Assembly (NCBI GenBank): GCA_964016885.1
Contig: OZ024759.1
Coordinates: forward strand, 32,488,001 to 32,552,000
DNA length: 64,000 bases
Source of the DNA: Eledone cirrhosa
Taxonomy: Eukaryota
Reading direction: 5' to 3'
Made by a program: the position numbers and the translations under genes. The notes beneath the pieces are model-generated. The model ran no database searches and was not told the DNA's origin. It worked only from the letters and a program-made list of their open reading frames with translations. Positions 50,305 to 64,000 of this stretch are shown here, piece by piece; the stretch's first letter is position 1, and every line of letters begins with the position of its first letter.

Positions 50305-50997
50305 TACCAGTCAAGAAGGCCAAGGGTGTCTTAGCATCACTCAGTAAGACCTTTGTCAGCTGTTCTCCAGCTATCTATTTCAAGCTGTATATAGCTATGG
50401 TGTGGCCACACTTAAAATTTGTATCACCAGTCTGGAATTCCTATCTTGCTTAGAATATTGATCTCCTGGAAACTGTTCAGAGACGTGCAACCAAAAGAAT
50501 TCCCTCCATTAGGCGTTTACCATACTCTGAATACCTTGCTTCTCTGGACATGGATACATTGAAGCTCCGACGTCTGGCAACTGACTTGGTAAACACCCAC
50601 GACATTATTAACCATCTTTCCAACAACAACCCTGAGTACCCTTTTGATTTCCATGTGTCTAACACACCTGGACATGCCTACAAAGTCAGAAAACAGCACA
50701 GCTCCCATGACTTTTGGAAACATTTTTTCACACTCAGAGTTGCTGAAGCATGGAACAAACTACCTGCAGCAGTTGTTAGCTGCTTGGACACCGCATCCTT
50801 TAAAACATCCATGTTTCTTGAAATTAGTCAACACTACACCTTATATACCCTCTCCATACACACGCATGTGTCTATCTATATATCATGATTCATACACTGT
50901 TCACTTTCCTGACATTTGAACATTATTCTATGTACTATACATGCACCTTTGATGAGTTGTAGTGCACCTGAGCACTGTATACAATAATTATCATTAT
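50305..50997 (+). mobile_element. CR1/L2-type LINE 3' fragment (others 58910-59695 +, 13240-13512 -, 14850-14985 -)
   Basis: LETVQRRATKRIP...LRRL...GHAYKV...FFTLRVAEAWNKLP with stops; (ATT)n tail. Confidence 0.88.
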
Positions 50998-50999
50998 TA

Positions 51000-51515
51000 G
51001 GATTGGCAGTATCGGTAGAGGCTCGGACGCCATGCTTTTCAGCAAAGAGTTACGGAGTTATGAACTGAGTTTAAATCCCGCCGAGGTTAACTTTGCCTTT
51101 CATCCTTACGGGGTCGATAAAATAAAGTACCAGTCATGCACTGGGGTCGATTTTATCGACTTTCCCCTCCCCCAAAAATTGCTGGCCTTGTGCCTATATA
51201 AGAAACCATTATTATGTAATGTGGTCAATTTAAATGACTTTCCCCTTCCCTCAAATATTTTTTACCTTGTGCCTAAATCAGAAACCATTATTATTGGGGC
51301 TCAGATTGGCAGTATCGGTAGAAGGTCGGACGCCATGCTTTACAGCATAGAGTTACGGCCCGTTACGGTCTGAGTTCAAATCCCACTGAGGTTAACTTTG
51401 CCTCTCACTCATCCTTACAGGGTCGATAAAATAAAGTACCAGTAATGCACTGGGGTTGATCTCATAGACTTCCTCCTAACTGCAAAAGTGCTGGCCTTGT
51501 GTCTACATCTGAAAT
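51000..51515 (+). mobile_element. SINE family A copies (also 35030-35395, 59708-60090)
   Basis: A/B boxes and shared body as above. Confidence 0.85.
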
Positions 51516-51679
51516 CATAATTACTACATACAACAACAGCAACAGCAACAACAACAGCAACAACAACAACAACAGCAGCAGCAATTTTTTAATTGTCTTA
51601 GGGTTATCAAATCAAAGAAGCACGGAGGTGGTGTGTATGGGAGCGGAGTAGAGGTTAATTGGATGAAATGAGGGGTGAG

Positions 51680-52330
51680 GCAAAGTGCAGAGGTGGGTTG
51701 GCAGCAGGTGGCTTAATGGTGGTAGTGGTGGTGGTGGGGGGGTAGGAGGCCTTCATGGTGGTGGGGGGGGGGGGTCAAAGTGCAGTGGTGGGGTGGAGGC
51801 GAGTGGCTTAATGGTGATGGTGGTGGTGGTGGTGGTGGTGGTGGTGGAGCAAAGTGCAGAGGTGGGGTGGGTGGCTTAATGGCGGTGGTGGTGGTGGTGG
51901 TGGGGCAAGTGCAGAGGTGGGGTGGGTGGCTTAATGGTGGTGGTGGTGGTGGTGGTGGTGGTGGTGGTGGTGGAGCAAAGTGCAGAGGTGGGGTGGGTGG
52001 CTTAATGGTGGTGGTGGTGGTGGTGGTGGTGGTGGTGGTGGTGGAGCAAAGTGCAGAGGTGGGGTGGGTGGCTTAATGGTGGTGGTGGTGGTGGTGGTGG
52101 TGGTGGTGGTGGTGGAGCAAAGTGCAGAGGTGGGGTGGGTGGCTTAATGGTGGTGGTGGTGGTGGTGGTGGTGGTGGTGGTGGTGGAGCAAAGTGCAGAG
52201 GTGGGGTGGGTGGCTTAATGGTGGTGGTGGTGGTGGTGGTGGTGGTGGTGGTGGTGGAGCAAAGTGCAGAGGTGGGGTGGGTGGCTTAATGGTGGTGGTG
52301 GTGGTGGTGGTGGAGGGGGTAAAGTGCGGA
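51680..52330. repeat. G-rich variable-length tandem repeat GCAAAGTGCAGAGGTGGGGTGGGTGGCTTAAT(GGT)n
   Basis: About 9 units with variable GGT tract; followed by a 15-bp CCTCCACCTCCACTC array at 52545-52735. Confidence 0.85.
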
Positions 52331-52389
52331 GGTGGGGTTGGGTGTAAATTACAAATACAATAGATATGTAAAAGAAAGACAAACTGAAG

Positions 52390-52422
<33 letters not shown>

Positions 52423-52980
52423 TGGGGACAACCCTGCCTCCCCCACCCCCCTCACCAAATTACAATACAACACTTGTAATAAATAAATCTATAACCTAGT
52501 AATGTAGTTTTTTGTATTTGTTTGAAGATAATTGATTCATCTACCACCTCCACTCCCTCCACCTCCACTCCCTCCACCTCCACTCCCTTCACCTCCACTC
52601 CCTCCACCTCCACTCCCTTCACCTCCACTCCCTCCACCTCCACTCCCTCCACCTCCACTCCCTCCACCTCCACTCCCTCCACCTCCACTCCCTCCACCTC
52701 CACTCCCTCCACCTCCACTCCCTCCACCTCCACTCCACCACCACCTGCCCCCACACCTCCCCCCTCTCTCTCTCTCCCTCTCTCTCTCTCTTTTGTTTCA
52801 ACTTTCTATTCAGCTCTCATTGTTGTTATTATTTTCATTGTTGTTTCTGTAATAATAATAATAATGATAATTATTATTATTAGCATTGTTGTTGTTGTTA
52901 TAAATACTCTCATATCCCATATTTTATCAATATCTCAATATATATATATATATGTATGTATGCATATATACATATATATA

Positions 52981-53155
<175 letters not shown>

Positions 53156-53194
53156 ATATATATATATATATATGTGTGTGTATATATATATATA

Positions 53195-53267
<73 letters not shown>

Positions 53268-53355
53268 ATATATATATATATAAATATGTATGTATATATA
53301 TATATATATAAATATGTATGTATATATATATATAAATATGTATGTATATATATAT

Positions 53356-53415
<60 letters not shown>

Positions 53416-53418
53416 GTA

Positions 53419-53453
<35 letters not shown>

Positions 53454-53625
53454 GTATATATATGTATATGTTGAAAAGGTAACACACCAGAGAGAGATAT
53501 ACAGTGTGTTATCAATTGTATTTTAAAGAGCTCAGGATCTCTTCTCCTTTGAGCACATTATTTACAGGGAATAGCGAGGGCCTCTGCCTCCATTAATTTA
53601 TCGTGATATATATATATATATATAT

Positions 53626-53666
<41 letters not shown>

Positions 53667-53679
53667 TATATATATATAT

Positions 53680-53724
<45 letters not shown>

Positions 53725-53737
53725 TATATATATATAC

Positions 53738-55485
53738 ACACTAGATAGAGGAAACTATAGAGGTATAAAGTTGATGGACCAGGTCATGAAAGTAACAGAA
53801 AGAGTTATAGCACAGCTGATTAGGGACCGGGTGAATATAGACGAGATGCAATTTGGGTTTGTTCCAGGGAAAGGCACCACTGATGCGCTCTTCCTTGTGA
53901 GGCAATTACAGGAAAAGTACCTAGCTAAAAGTAAGCCACTCTACTTGGCATTTGTCGACCTTGAGAAAGCCTTTGACAGAGTTCCACGTGCAGTAATCTG
54001 GTGGGCTCTTAGAAAACTAGGAGTAGATGAATGGCTTGTGAAAGCGGTACAAGCCATGTATAGGGGAGCAGTCAGCAAAGTTAGGATTGGCAATGAGTAT
54101 AGCGAGGAATTTAGCGTACAGGTTGGGGTCCACCAGGGCTCTGTTCTTAGCCCTCTCCTGTTCATCATAGTCCTGCAGGCAATAACGGAGGAGTTTAAGA
54201 CCGGATGCCCATGGGAACTCCTGTATGCTGATGACCTCGCACTCATAGCTGAATCTATGGTAGAACTAGAGAATAAATTCCAAACCTGGAAGCAGGGACT
54301 AGAGAGAAAGGGCCTCAAAGTCAACATGACAAAGACTAAGGTCCTTATAAGTAGACGAGAAAACAGAACCCAGATCCCCTCAGGGAAATGGCCTTGCTCA
54401 GTATGTAGGAAAGGTGTAGGTAGGAACTCCATTCTTTGCCCCAAATGCAAACAATGGGTACACAAGAGATGTAGCGGGATCTCAGGAAGCTTAATTAAGA
54501 ATGTAGGATTCACATGCAGCAGCTGTGCTGAAACAGCAAGCAAACAGCCACAGGAAACAAGTACCACCAATCTCTGGGAGGGCCCTGTAGAAACAGTAGA
54601 CAGCTTCTGCTACCTAGGTGACCGAATTAGCAACGGAGGTGGGTGCTCAGAAAGTACAATAACTAGGGTAAGAACGGGATGGAAGAAGTTTAGGGAACTA
54701 CTACCACTGCTAGCTGCAAAAGGCTTCTCCCTCAGAATGAAAGGCAGACTGTATGATGCGTGTATCCGAACAGCGATGTTGCATGGTAGTGAGACCTGGG
54801 CGCTGAAGGTGGAAGACTTACGTAGATTAGAGAGAAACGAAGCCTGCATGCTCCGATGGATGTGTAACAGTAATATACGTGAACGACAAAGCATAAATGA
54901 ATTGAGAGAGAGACTGAGCATAAGAGGAATCAAATGCTGCGTGCAGGAGAGGCGGTTGCGCTGGTATGGACATGTGATGCGTATGAAGGATGACAGCTGC
55001 ATAAAAAGGTGCAGAGCACTAGAAGTTGATGGAAACCGCGGAGTGGGGAGACCCAAGATGACTTGGGATGAGATGATAAAAGCCGACCTTACCCAACTAC
55101 ACCTCTCAAAGTCAATGACACACGACCGTGACTTCTGGCGTCACGCAGTAATACAGGGTACCCGACCTCCCATGGGTACATGCTGAAGCATATAAACAAT
55201 ATGCCCCCCCCCCACCGCAAGGTGGTCGTGGAGGTGCCACGGCAAAAAAGCACCCAGCCCACACTGTAAAGTGGACGTGTAGGCGCCACGAAAAAGCACC
55301 CAGCACTCACTGTAAATGAGGTTGGTGTTAGGAAGGGCATCCAGCTGTAGAAATCAAGCCAGATCAGTTCCTGTATGAGCAAGGCATGGTCAGCCGACCA
55401 GACACTGCCCACAACAGGACAACCCGTCTAACCCATGCTAGCGTGGAAGAACGGACGTAAAACGGTGATGATGATGATGATGATG

Positions 55486-55486
<1 letters not shown>
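53738..55486 (+). mobile_element. 5'-truncated RTE-clade LINE (reverse transcriptase, Cys/His finger, 3'UTR, (GAT)n tail)
   Basis: Uninterrupted frame to 55186 with [55 protein letters not shown]. The N-terminal IY run of the listed ORF is microsatellite. Confidence 0.95.
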
Positions 55487-55554
<68 letters not shown>

Positions 55555-55615
55555 TATATATATACACACACATGTATATATATATATACACACACACACA
55601 TATATATATATATAT

Positions 55616-55672
<57 letters not shown>

Positions 55673-55693
55673 AACATATATATATATATATAT

Positions 55694-55809
<116 letters not shown>

Positions 55810-55909
55810 TCCAGCTTTGTGATCTTTTAATTGTCTCTCTCCTCTTTGAAACAACAGCTTATCAATACAAATATACATACATACACACAAATATATATAT
55901 ATATATATA

Positions 55910-55971
<62 letters not shown>

Positions 55972-55995
55972 CATAAATACACACAAATATATATA

Positions 55996-56041
<46 letters not shown>

Positions 56042-56264
56042 TATATATAAGTGTGTGCAAGGACCTTGTATTTCAGACTACTAGCCGTGATTAGACACAC
56101 CATGTATAATTACCATCCAATCCATCCCTCCACCACCTCCACCCACCACCACCCACCACTACCATCCAGTCAAACCACACCAAGAACTACTTAGCAAACC
56201 CCCAGAGAGAGGTGGGGGAAGAGAAGAGCTTGATAGCACCTGAACTAAACAACCTCCCTCGTAC

Positions 56265-57400
56265 TGGTGTTATGATAAAACACACCCAGTACACTCTGTA
56301 AAGTGATAGTGTTGGTGTCATGATAAAATACACCCAGGTCACTCTGTAAAGTGGTAGTGTTGGTGTCATGATAAAACACACCCAGGTCACTCTGTAAAGT
56401 GGTAGTGTTGGTGTCATGATAAAACACACCCAGGTCACTCTGTAAAGTGATAGTGTTGGTGTCATGATAAAACAAACCCAGGTCACTCTGTAAAGTGGTA
56501 GTGTTGGTGTCATGATAAAATACACCCAGGTCACTCTGTAAAGTGGTAGTGTTGGTGTCATGATAAAATACACCCAGGTCACTCTGTAAAGTGGTAGTGT
56601 TGGTGTCATGATAAAACACACCCAGGTCACTCTGTAAAGTGGTAGTGTTGGTGTCATGATAAAACAAACCCAGGTCACTCTGTAAAGTGGTAGTGTTGGT
56701 GTCATGATAAAATACACCCAGGTCACTCTGTAAAGTGGTAGTGTTGGTGTCATGATAAAACACACCCAGTACACTCTGTAAAGTGGAAGTGTTGGTGTCA
56801 TGATATAATACACCCAGTACACTCTGTAAAGTGGTAGTGTTGGTGCCATGATATAATACACCCAGTACACTCTGTTAAGTGGTAGTGCTAGTGTCATGAT
56901 AAAATACACCCAGTACACTCTGTTAAGTGGTAGTGCTAGTGTCATGATAAAATACACCCAGTACTCTCTGTAAAGTGGAAGTGTTGGTGTCATGATATAA
57001 TACACCCAGTACACTCTGTAAAGTGGTAGTGTTGGTGCCATGATATAATACACCCAGTACACTCTGTTAAGTGGTAGTGCTAGTGTCATGATAAAATACA
57101 CCCAGTACACTCTGTTAAGTGGTAGTGCTGGTGTCATGATAAAATACACCCTGTACACTCTGTAAAGTGGTAGGACAGGTGTTGTGGTAAAACACACCCA
57201 GTACCATCTGTAAAGTGGTAGTGTTTGTCCCACAATAAAACACACCCTGTACACTCTGTAAAGTGGTAGTTCTTGTCCCACAATAAACAGCACCCAGTAC
57301 ATCCTGTAAAGTGACAGTGTTGGGGCCATGATAAAACACAGCCAAGTATACCATGTATGATAGTTGGTGTTAGGAAGGGCTTCCAGTTGTAGAACCCATG
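56265..57400. repeat. 48-bp minisatellite, about 22 copies, derived from RTE 3'UTR (related array 60575-60950)
   Basis: Unit ATGATAAAACACACCCAGGTCACTCTGTAAAGTGGTAGTGTTGGTGTC runs into the RTE 3'UTR sequence GTTGGTGTTAGGAAGGGC. Confidence 0.85.
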
Positions 57401-59086
57401 CCAAATATAGAATTTAAGAATGAATGGGGTTCTGACCACATCTGGTTTCAGAGCATAACAAACCATCCAACCCATGCCAGCAGTGAAAGCAATTGTTAAG
57501 TGATGCTGCTGCTACAGCTTGGCCTCTTCCCCAGTTAAATATCCAAAAGACCTTTTAAGTAGAAGTACTTAACTAGAGATTCATATCCTTTAGAATATAA
57601 TAATAATAATAATGAATAATAATGAAATTATTGTGTACAGTTGAATTGTGTACAACTCATCAAAGGTGCATGAGAAAACTATTCCTCTGGGATAAGATGC
57701 TAGTCCCACACAGGTAACACACAAGATATATACATACACATCATATATACACATACATACACAAGATATATACATACACATCATAGATACACATACATAC
57801 AAAACATATATACATACATATCATATATACATACTCATCATAGATACATACACAAGATATATACATACATATCATAGACACACATACATATACAAGATAT
57901 ATACATACATATCATAGATACACATACATATACATACACAGATAGACACACACATGCTAACACACACACAAACACACACTAACAATCACACACTAACAAT
58001 CACACACTAACAATCACACACTAACAATCACACACAAACAATCACACACAAACAATCAAACACTAACAATCACACACAAACAATCACACACTAACAATCA
58101 CACAAAACAATCACACACTAACAATCACACACAAACAATCACACACTAACAATCACACATTGATACACAGAGAGACAGTCAAGCAAACACATCCACACAC
58201 ACACACATAGACAGAGATAGATACACACACATACACAAGTAGACACACACACATAGACAGACAGACATACACACATATACACATGTAAACACAGGCATAT
58301 ACAGGTAAGCACAGACATATACAGACAAACAAACACACACATAGACAGACAGACATACACACATGTATACACATACATACACATACACAAGTAAACACAC
58401 AGACATATATACATGTAAACACACACACATAGACAGACACACACACACACATAGACAGACATACAGACAGACATACTCAGGTAAAATCACACCTGTGCCG
58501 TCGTTAATGAAGCCTTAATGGGTTTTTCATTAAAATTTAATCAGTGTTTTTGCTGAGGTTATTGTAAACAATACCTTTACACCAACATGTTGGTATATAT
58601 ATATATATATATACATACAAATATATATATTTTTACACACACACACACACACAGACACACACACATACAGGTGTTAATTACATAGAAGAATCTGCAATTA
58701 TAAAATATACATTGTTGTAACTGACTTTTCTGTCTAATTAATTATTTAATAAACCAATCGTTAATCAAATTTACCTTTACCAGGTAAATACGATGATCCA
58801 ATATTTATAAGGTTTCTTGGTAGAATGGCATGATGGGATTGGAGTATTGTAAGGCTGTAGGCACAGGCACAAAAGAAAGCAACACGTGGTATGTTGGTGA
58901 TATCATATATGGCAACTGACTTGGTAAACACCCACAAAATTATTAACCATCTTTCCAATAACAGCCCTGAGCATCTTTTTGATTTCCATGTGTCTAACAC
59001 CCAAGGACATGCCTACAAAGTCAGAAAACAGCACAGCTCCAATGACTTTAATATATTTTCACGCTCAGAGTTGCTGAAGCATGGAA

Positions 59087-59510
59087 CAAACTACCTGCAT
59101 CAGTTGTTAGCTGCCGAGACACTGCATCCTTTAAAACCTCCATATAACAAACTACCTGCATCAGTTGTTAGCTGCCGAGACACTGCATCCTTTAAAACCT
59201 CCATGGTACAAACTACCTGCATCAGTTGTTAGCTGCCGAGACACTGCATCCTTTAAAACCTCCATATAACCAACTACCTGCATCAGTTGTTAGCTGCCGA
59301 GACACTGCATCCTTTAAAACCTCCATGGAACAAACTACCTGCATCAGTTGTTAGCTGCCGAGACACTGCATCCTTTAAAACCTCCATGGTACAAACTACC
59401 TGCATCAGTTGTTAGCTGCCGAGACACTGCATCCTTTAAAACCTCCATGGAACAAACTACCTGCATCAGTTGTTAGCTGCCGAGACACTGCATCCTTTAA
59501 AACCTCCATG
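59087..59510. repeat. 61-bp tandem repeat, 7 copies, inside a CR1 fragment
   Basis: Unit CAAACTACCTGCATCAGTTGTTAGCTGCCGAGACACTGCATCCTTTAAAACCTCCATRKWA. Confidence 0.9.
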
Positions 59511-60967
59511 CTTCCTGAGATTCGCCAACACTACACCTGATGTCCCCCCTTCCATACACATGCACACATGTATTTCATGACTCATACACTGTTCATTTTC
59601 CTGACATTTGTACATTATTCTATGTACTATACATACACCTTTGATGAGTTGTAGTGCACCTGAGCACTGTACACAATAATTTCATTATTATTATTATATT
59701 ATTATTAAGGGCGGTGGATTGGCATTATTGGTAGAGGGTCGGACACCATGATATGACGCATTGAGTTACAGCCCTTTATGGTCTGACTTCAAATCCCGCT
59801 GAGGTTAACTTTGCCTTTCATCCTTATGGGGTCGATAAAATAAAGTACCAGTAATACACTTGGGTAATAGCTGGCCTTGTGCCAAAAGTAGAAACAATTA
59901 TTGGTAGAGGGTCAGATGCCATGCTTTGCAGCATAGAGTTACGGCTCTTTATGATCTGAGTTCAAATCCCACCAGGGTTGCTTTCATCTTTACGGGGTCG
60001 ATAAAATAAAGTACCAGTCATGCACTGGCGCCGACTTAATCGACTTCCCCTCCCCCAAAATTGCTGGCCTTGTGCCTATATAAGAAACCATTATTTCATT
60101 ATTATTATTATTGGCACTAGTCCACCCTGTAAGGTAATAATATTCTAAACAAACTCTGCCTTAACCCTTTAATGTTCAAACCGGCCAAAACCGGCCAGAA
60201 TTCTCTACCTCTTTCTGTTGAAACTGGCTGTAATTGGTCACTCATACTGATGTTAAGGTATTGTTCTCAAAATAAATACTTCAAAATCTCATAGATTCGA
60301 TATTATGTGAGGTAAAGACTTTACGATGAAAATATAATAGTATATATATAGAGTAATGTGAATGCTAAAGGGTTAAGCCCTTTAAATTTCGTTAGGCCGG
60401 TGCTTATCCCGGTTTTGTGGAATTAAGCAACTGAGAGTACCATACAGCCCCTGGACAGGAAGGCAGACCATTGCAGGGTTAAACCCCAGCCATAGCTGGT
60501 ACCCATTTTCAGCTGAGTATACTGGAGCAATGTGAAATGAAGTATTTTGCTCAACAACACAACATGTAATATTGGCATGATAAAATACTCCCTGTCCACT
60601 CTGTAAAGTGGTAGTGTTGGTGACATGATAAAATACTCCCTGTCCACTCTGTAAAGTGGTAGTGTTGGTGGCATGATAAAATACACTCTGTCCACTCTGT
60701 AAAGTGGTAGTGTTGGTGACATGATAAAATACACTCTGTCCACTCTGTAAAGTGGTAGTGTTGGTGGCATGATAAAATACACTCTGTCCACTCTGTAAAG
60801 TGGTAGTGTTGGTGGCATGATAAAATACACTCTGTCCACTCTGTAAAGTGGTAGTGTTGGTGGCATGATAAAATACACTCTGTCCACCCAGTAAAGTGGT
60901 GGTGTTGGTGGCATGATAAAATACACTCTGTCCACTTTGTAAAGTGGTATCGATGGCTAGTATCATG

Positions 60968-61008
<41 letters not shown>

Positions 61009-61130
61009 CTTCTACAGGACTAAAACTGTTCATTCGAAGGAAATCATCAGGGCTTTCCTGATGATTTCCTATATATATATATATATATATATATATGCAT
61101 ACATGTATATATATATATATATATATGCAT

Positions 61131-61513
61131 AAATGAGGCAAGCATGCTCCATTGTATGTGCAGTGTAAATGTGCGTGAACGACCCAGCATAAATGTGTTG
61201 AGAGAGAAACTGTGTCTGAGAGGGATAGAATGTAGTGTATGGGAGAGGAGACTGAGGTGGTATGGACATGTGATGCGCATGGAGGATGACTGATGGGTGA
61301 AGAAGTGCCAGGAAATGTCAGTTGAAGGAAGACGTGGTAGAGGTAGACCACGAAAAACATGGGCAGAGGTGGTGAGAACAGACCTCAGATCATTGAAGCT
61401 CACGGTGGAGATGACGAGGGACCATGACGAGTGGAGAGATGCTGTGCTGAATAAGACCCATCCCACCCTTGCAAGCAGGGAAAAGCGGACGTAAAATGAT
61501 GATGATGATGATG
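61131..61513 (+). mobile_element. RTE LINE 3' fragment, third subfamily (related copy 20810-21117)
   Basis: [12 protein letters not shown]...[18 protein letters not shown], (GAT)n tail. Confidence 0.88.
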
Positions 61514-61515
61514 AC

Positions 61516-61573
<58 letters not shown>

Positions 61574-61624
61574 TCATCATCATCGTTTAACGTCAATCTT
61601 CCACGCTAGCATGGGTTAGATGGG

Positions 61625-61661
<37 letters not shown>

Positions 61662-61876
61662 CATATACATATATATATATATACATATATATATACATGC
61701 ATATACATACATATATATACATATACATACATATATATATATATATATATACATGCATATACATACATATATATACATATACATACATATATATATATAC
61801 ACATACATATATATATATATACATACATGCATGTATCTATAGCTATATATATACATATATATACATATATATATAC

Positions 61877-61911
<35 letters not shown>

Positions 61912-63344
61912 GATAGATATATATATATATAGGAGTGTGTGTATATATAAAATATATAAAACATCTATTTCTCTTTCTCAGCTGAAATGTGGGATGGTAT
62001 ATACTTATGGTAGCAATTGTTTTGACCACTGGTTGGATGAGAAAGCAGACTGACCACTCATGATGTATAGGGAAACTGTTGTGTGATTTGTTGTCAGATG
62101 TGACCAGAGACTGGTCAACAGCACAGTTAAGTGGTTTGTTGATTGAATCTAATCACTGTGGTCATTAGTCTAACATATTGACCTCACACACATTGTAGCT
62201 ATGTCTGTCTCTATGTCTGTCTGTTTGCATGTCTGTCTGTCTGTCTGACTATTTGTCTGTATGTCTGTCTGCCTGACTGGCTGACTGGCTGTCTGTCTGT
62301 TTGGCTGTCTGCATGTATGTATATATATGTCTGTCTGTATGTATATCTGTCTGTCTGTCTGTATGTATATGGATCTGTCTGTCTGTCTGTCTGTATGTAT
62401 GTATATATATGTCTGTCTGTATGTATATCTGTCTGTCTGTCTGTATGTATATAGATCTGTCTGTCTGTCTGTCTGTCTGTCTGTATGTATGTATGTATGT
62501 ATGTATATCTGTCTGTCTGTATGTATATGGATCTGTCTGTCTGTCTGTCTATGTATATATACGTCTGTCTGTCTGTATGTATGTACACCTGTGTCTGTCT
62601 GTATGTATATCTGTCTGTCTGTCTGTATATAGATCTGTCTGTCTGTCTGTATGTATGTATGTATGTATATATATATGTCTGTCTGTATGTACACCTGTGT
62701 CTGTCTGTATATACATTCGTCTGTATGTATGTATGTACATCTGTATGTATCATGTATCCCAGTACAACCTGTCTCATGGTCGGGTCGTTGGCGACTAAAC
62801 TGGCAACCCAACCAAGGTTTCTTGGTGAGGAGGGTGACTTTGGACATCCTGCAGGACTAAAAACAAAACCTGTCAAATGGCAAAGGAGCTCTTAAGAGTC
62901 AATGGCCATCCAAAATGACTGGGAGAGATGACCCCTTAGCCTTTGTCAAGGCAGAATTCTAGGAGAAGGAAAACTCTGATATAACACCTGCAACCCTGAT
63001 GGTATCCAATGATGTTGACTTGTTCTTCTTTTTGGTAAATATCATCTTGGTTAAGAGAGTGGGACTGGCTTTGTGCAGTGCCTTTGCTCACTATAAAAGC
63101 TTCACGGCACAGGCATTGTTTTATATCTGGAGATCTCTCTGCACTTGCCGTCACATGGTACCATAGGCCCAGCACTATGTGTCAATAATTGTCACAAGTG
63201 TAGTGTTTGTACCAGAGTTTTCAAGTCGCTGGCTGGACTAAAAAGTCACACTCGTTCAGCGCATCGGTAGGGGTTCTCCTATATGGATATAAAGTAGTGG
63301 CCGTACTCGAAAACGAGTTGGCAGCCACCACATCTGTATGTATG

Positions 63345-63422
63345 TATTGGGTCGTCAAGTACGAAATTTGTAGAAATTTGTTTCTTTTTCTAAAAGTTTC
63401 TACAAATTTCATTCTTGACGAC

Positions 63423-63428
<6 letters not shown>
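63345..63428. mobile_element. Mariner-type MITE
   Basis: TATTGGGTCGTCAAG...GAAATTTGTAGAAA / TTTCTACAAATTTC...CTTGACGACCCAATA inverted termini with TA flanks. Confidence 0.75.
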
Positions 63429-63469
<41 letters not shown>

Positions 63470-63500
63470 AGAACAAAAGATGGTTAAAAGAGTTCCATGT

Positions 63501-63569
63501 ATTTTATTATGCGCATTTCAAAAACAAATATCATCATGCAATAATATTTGTGTTTTCATCAGATAAAAC
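63501..63569 (-). ncRNA. Minimal hammerhead motif in element 63462-63737
   Basis: TTTTAT-CTGATGA-AAACACAAATAT...ATATTTGTTTTT-GAAA-TGCGCA-TA-ATAAAA. The 3' half also occurs in the related fold-back at 15040-15260. Confidence 0.78.
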
Positions 63570-64000
63570 ATGAAGACATGATATGAAGGTTAAAAAACAC
63601 TTGTGGATAGTTCAGTTTTAAATCAAATCTTTTGTTCTTATATATTATGTATACTCCAGTCCTACAAACTGTAGAGTGCTTATTATCCGATATCTGCATT
63701 GCTTTATTGTACTACAATAAAACTCACCTCCTCCATATATATATATATATATATATACACAAAAAAGAGAAATAGGACGAAGGTAAACAGTTACAAAAGG
63801 ATTTAATCCACGTATTAACAATTGTTTCATCAGAATTTCAGTCCATTATTGCTACACTATGTCATAATAGGCAATCAAGAAAGATACTGTGGCAGAATCC
63901 CTACCAACCTGTCGAGTCACCTCAACGTATGTTGATAACTTTCCTCACAACTTGTTCTACCAATCTTTGGAATACTCCTATTTACTAACCTAGTGGTTAG

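Noticed and set aside
51000-51090. tRNA genes suggested by A/B boxes
   Set aside because: These are SINE heads: no clean cloverleaf, and always attached to the same SINE body.
56265-57400. Regular 48-72 bp arrays resembling CRISPR or repeat-protein ORFs (also 13694, 16684, 36769, 60382)
   Set aside because: No unique spacers and no cas genes. The units trace to MITE or LINE sub-segments in a eukaryotic context.
58495-58800. Cluster of TAAT and GTAAACA motifs suggesting an enhancer
   Set aside because: Short AT-rich motifs are expected by chance here, and no independent evidence is available.
63813-63838. Minus-strand ATT-CTGAT-GAAA-CAATTG-TT-AAT hammerhead-like string
   Set aside because: Stem II is missing (CTGATGA and GAAA overlap), so it is at best a deleted relic and was not counted.

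Overview
Eukaryotic, AT-rich, microsatellite-saturated DNA. The 5S rRNA, SINE and LINE content suggest a cephalopod, probably an octopod; that assignment is an inference. Almost every ORF in the supplied track is an artefact of (TA)n, (GA)n, (CA)n and (CAC)n repeats. The one host gene I can reconstruct is a stomatin/MEC-2/podocin (SPFH, band 7) gene on the minus strand. It has 8 coding exons (44604 to 7805; 43+104+73+83+204+56+79+186 nt = 275 aa plus stop), with GT-AG introns and consistent phases. The rest is transposable-element debris: RTE, CR1 and R4-type LINE fragments, two tRNA-SINE families, TTAA-flanked MITEs (three with internal 72-bp satellite arrays), Tc1/mariner MITEs and a 5S rRNA-RTE chimeric retrocopy. 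The main unexplained signal is a dense set of short, (TA)n-embedded, often fold-back elements carrying minimal type I hammerhead ribozyme motifs. About ten complete motifs occur, from several unrelated families, some with a compensatory U3-A8 core. Four of them lie in one 1.5-kb intron of the stomatin gene. All coordinates were read by eye, so repeat boundaries are approximate.
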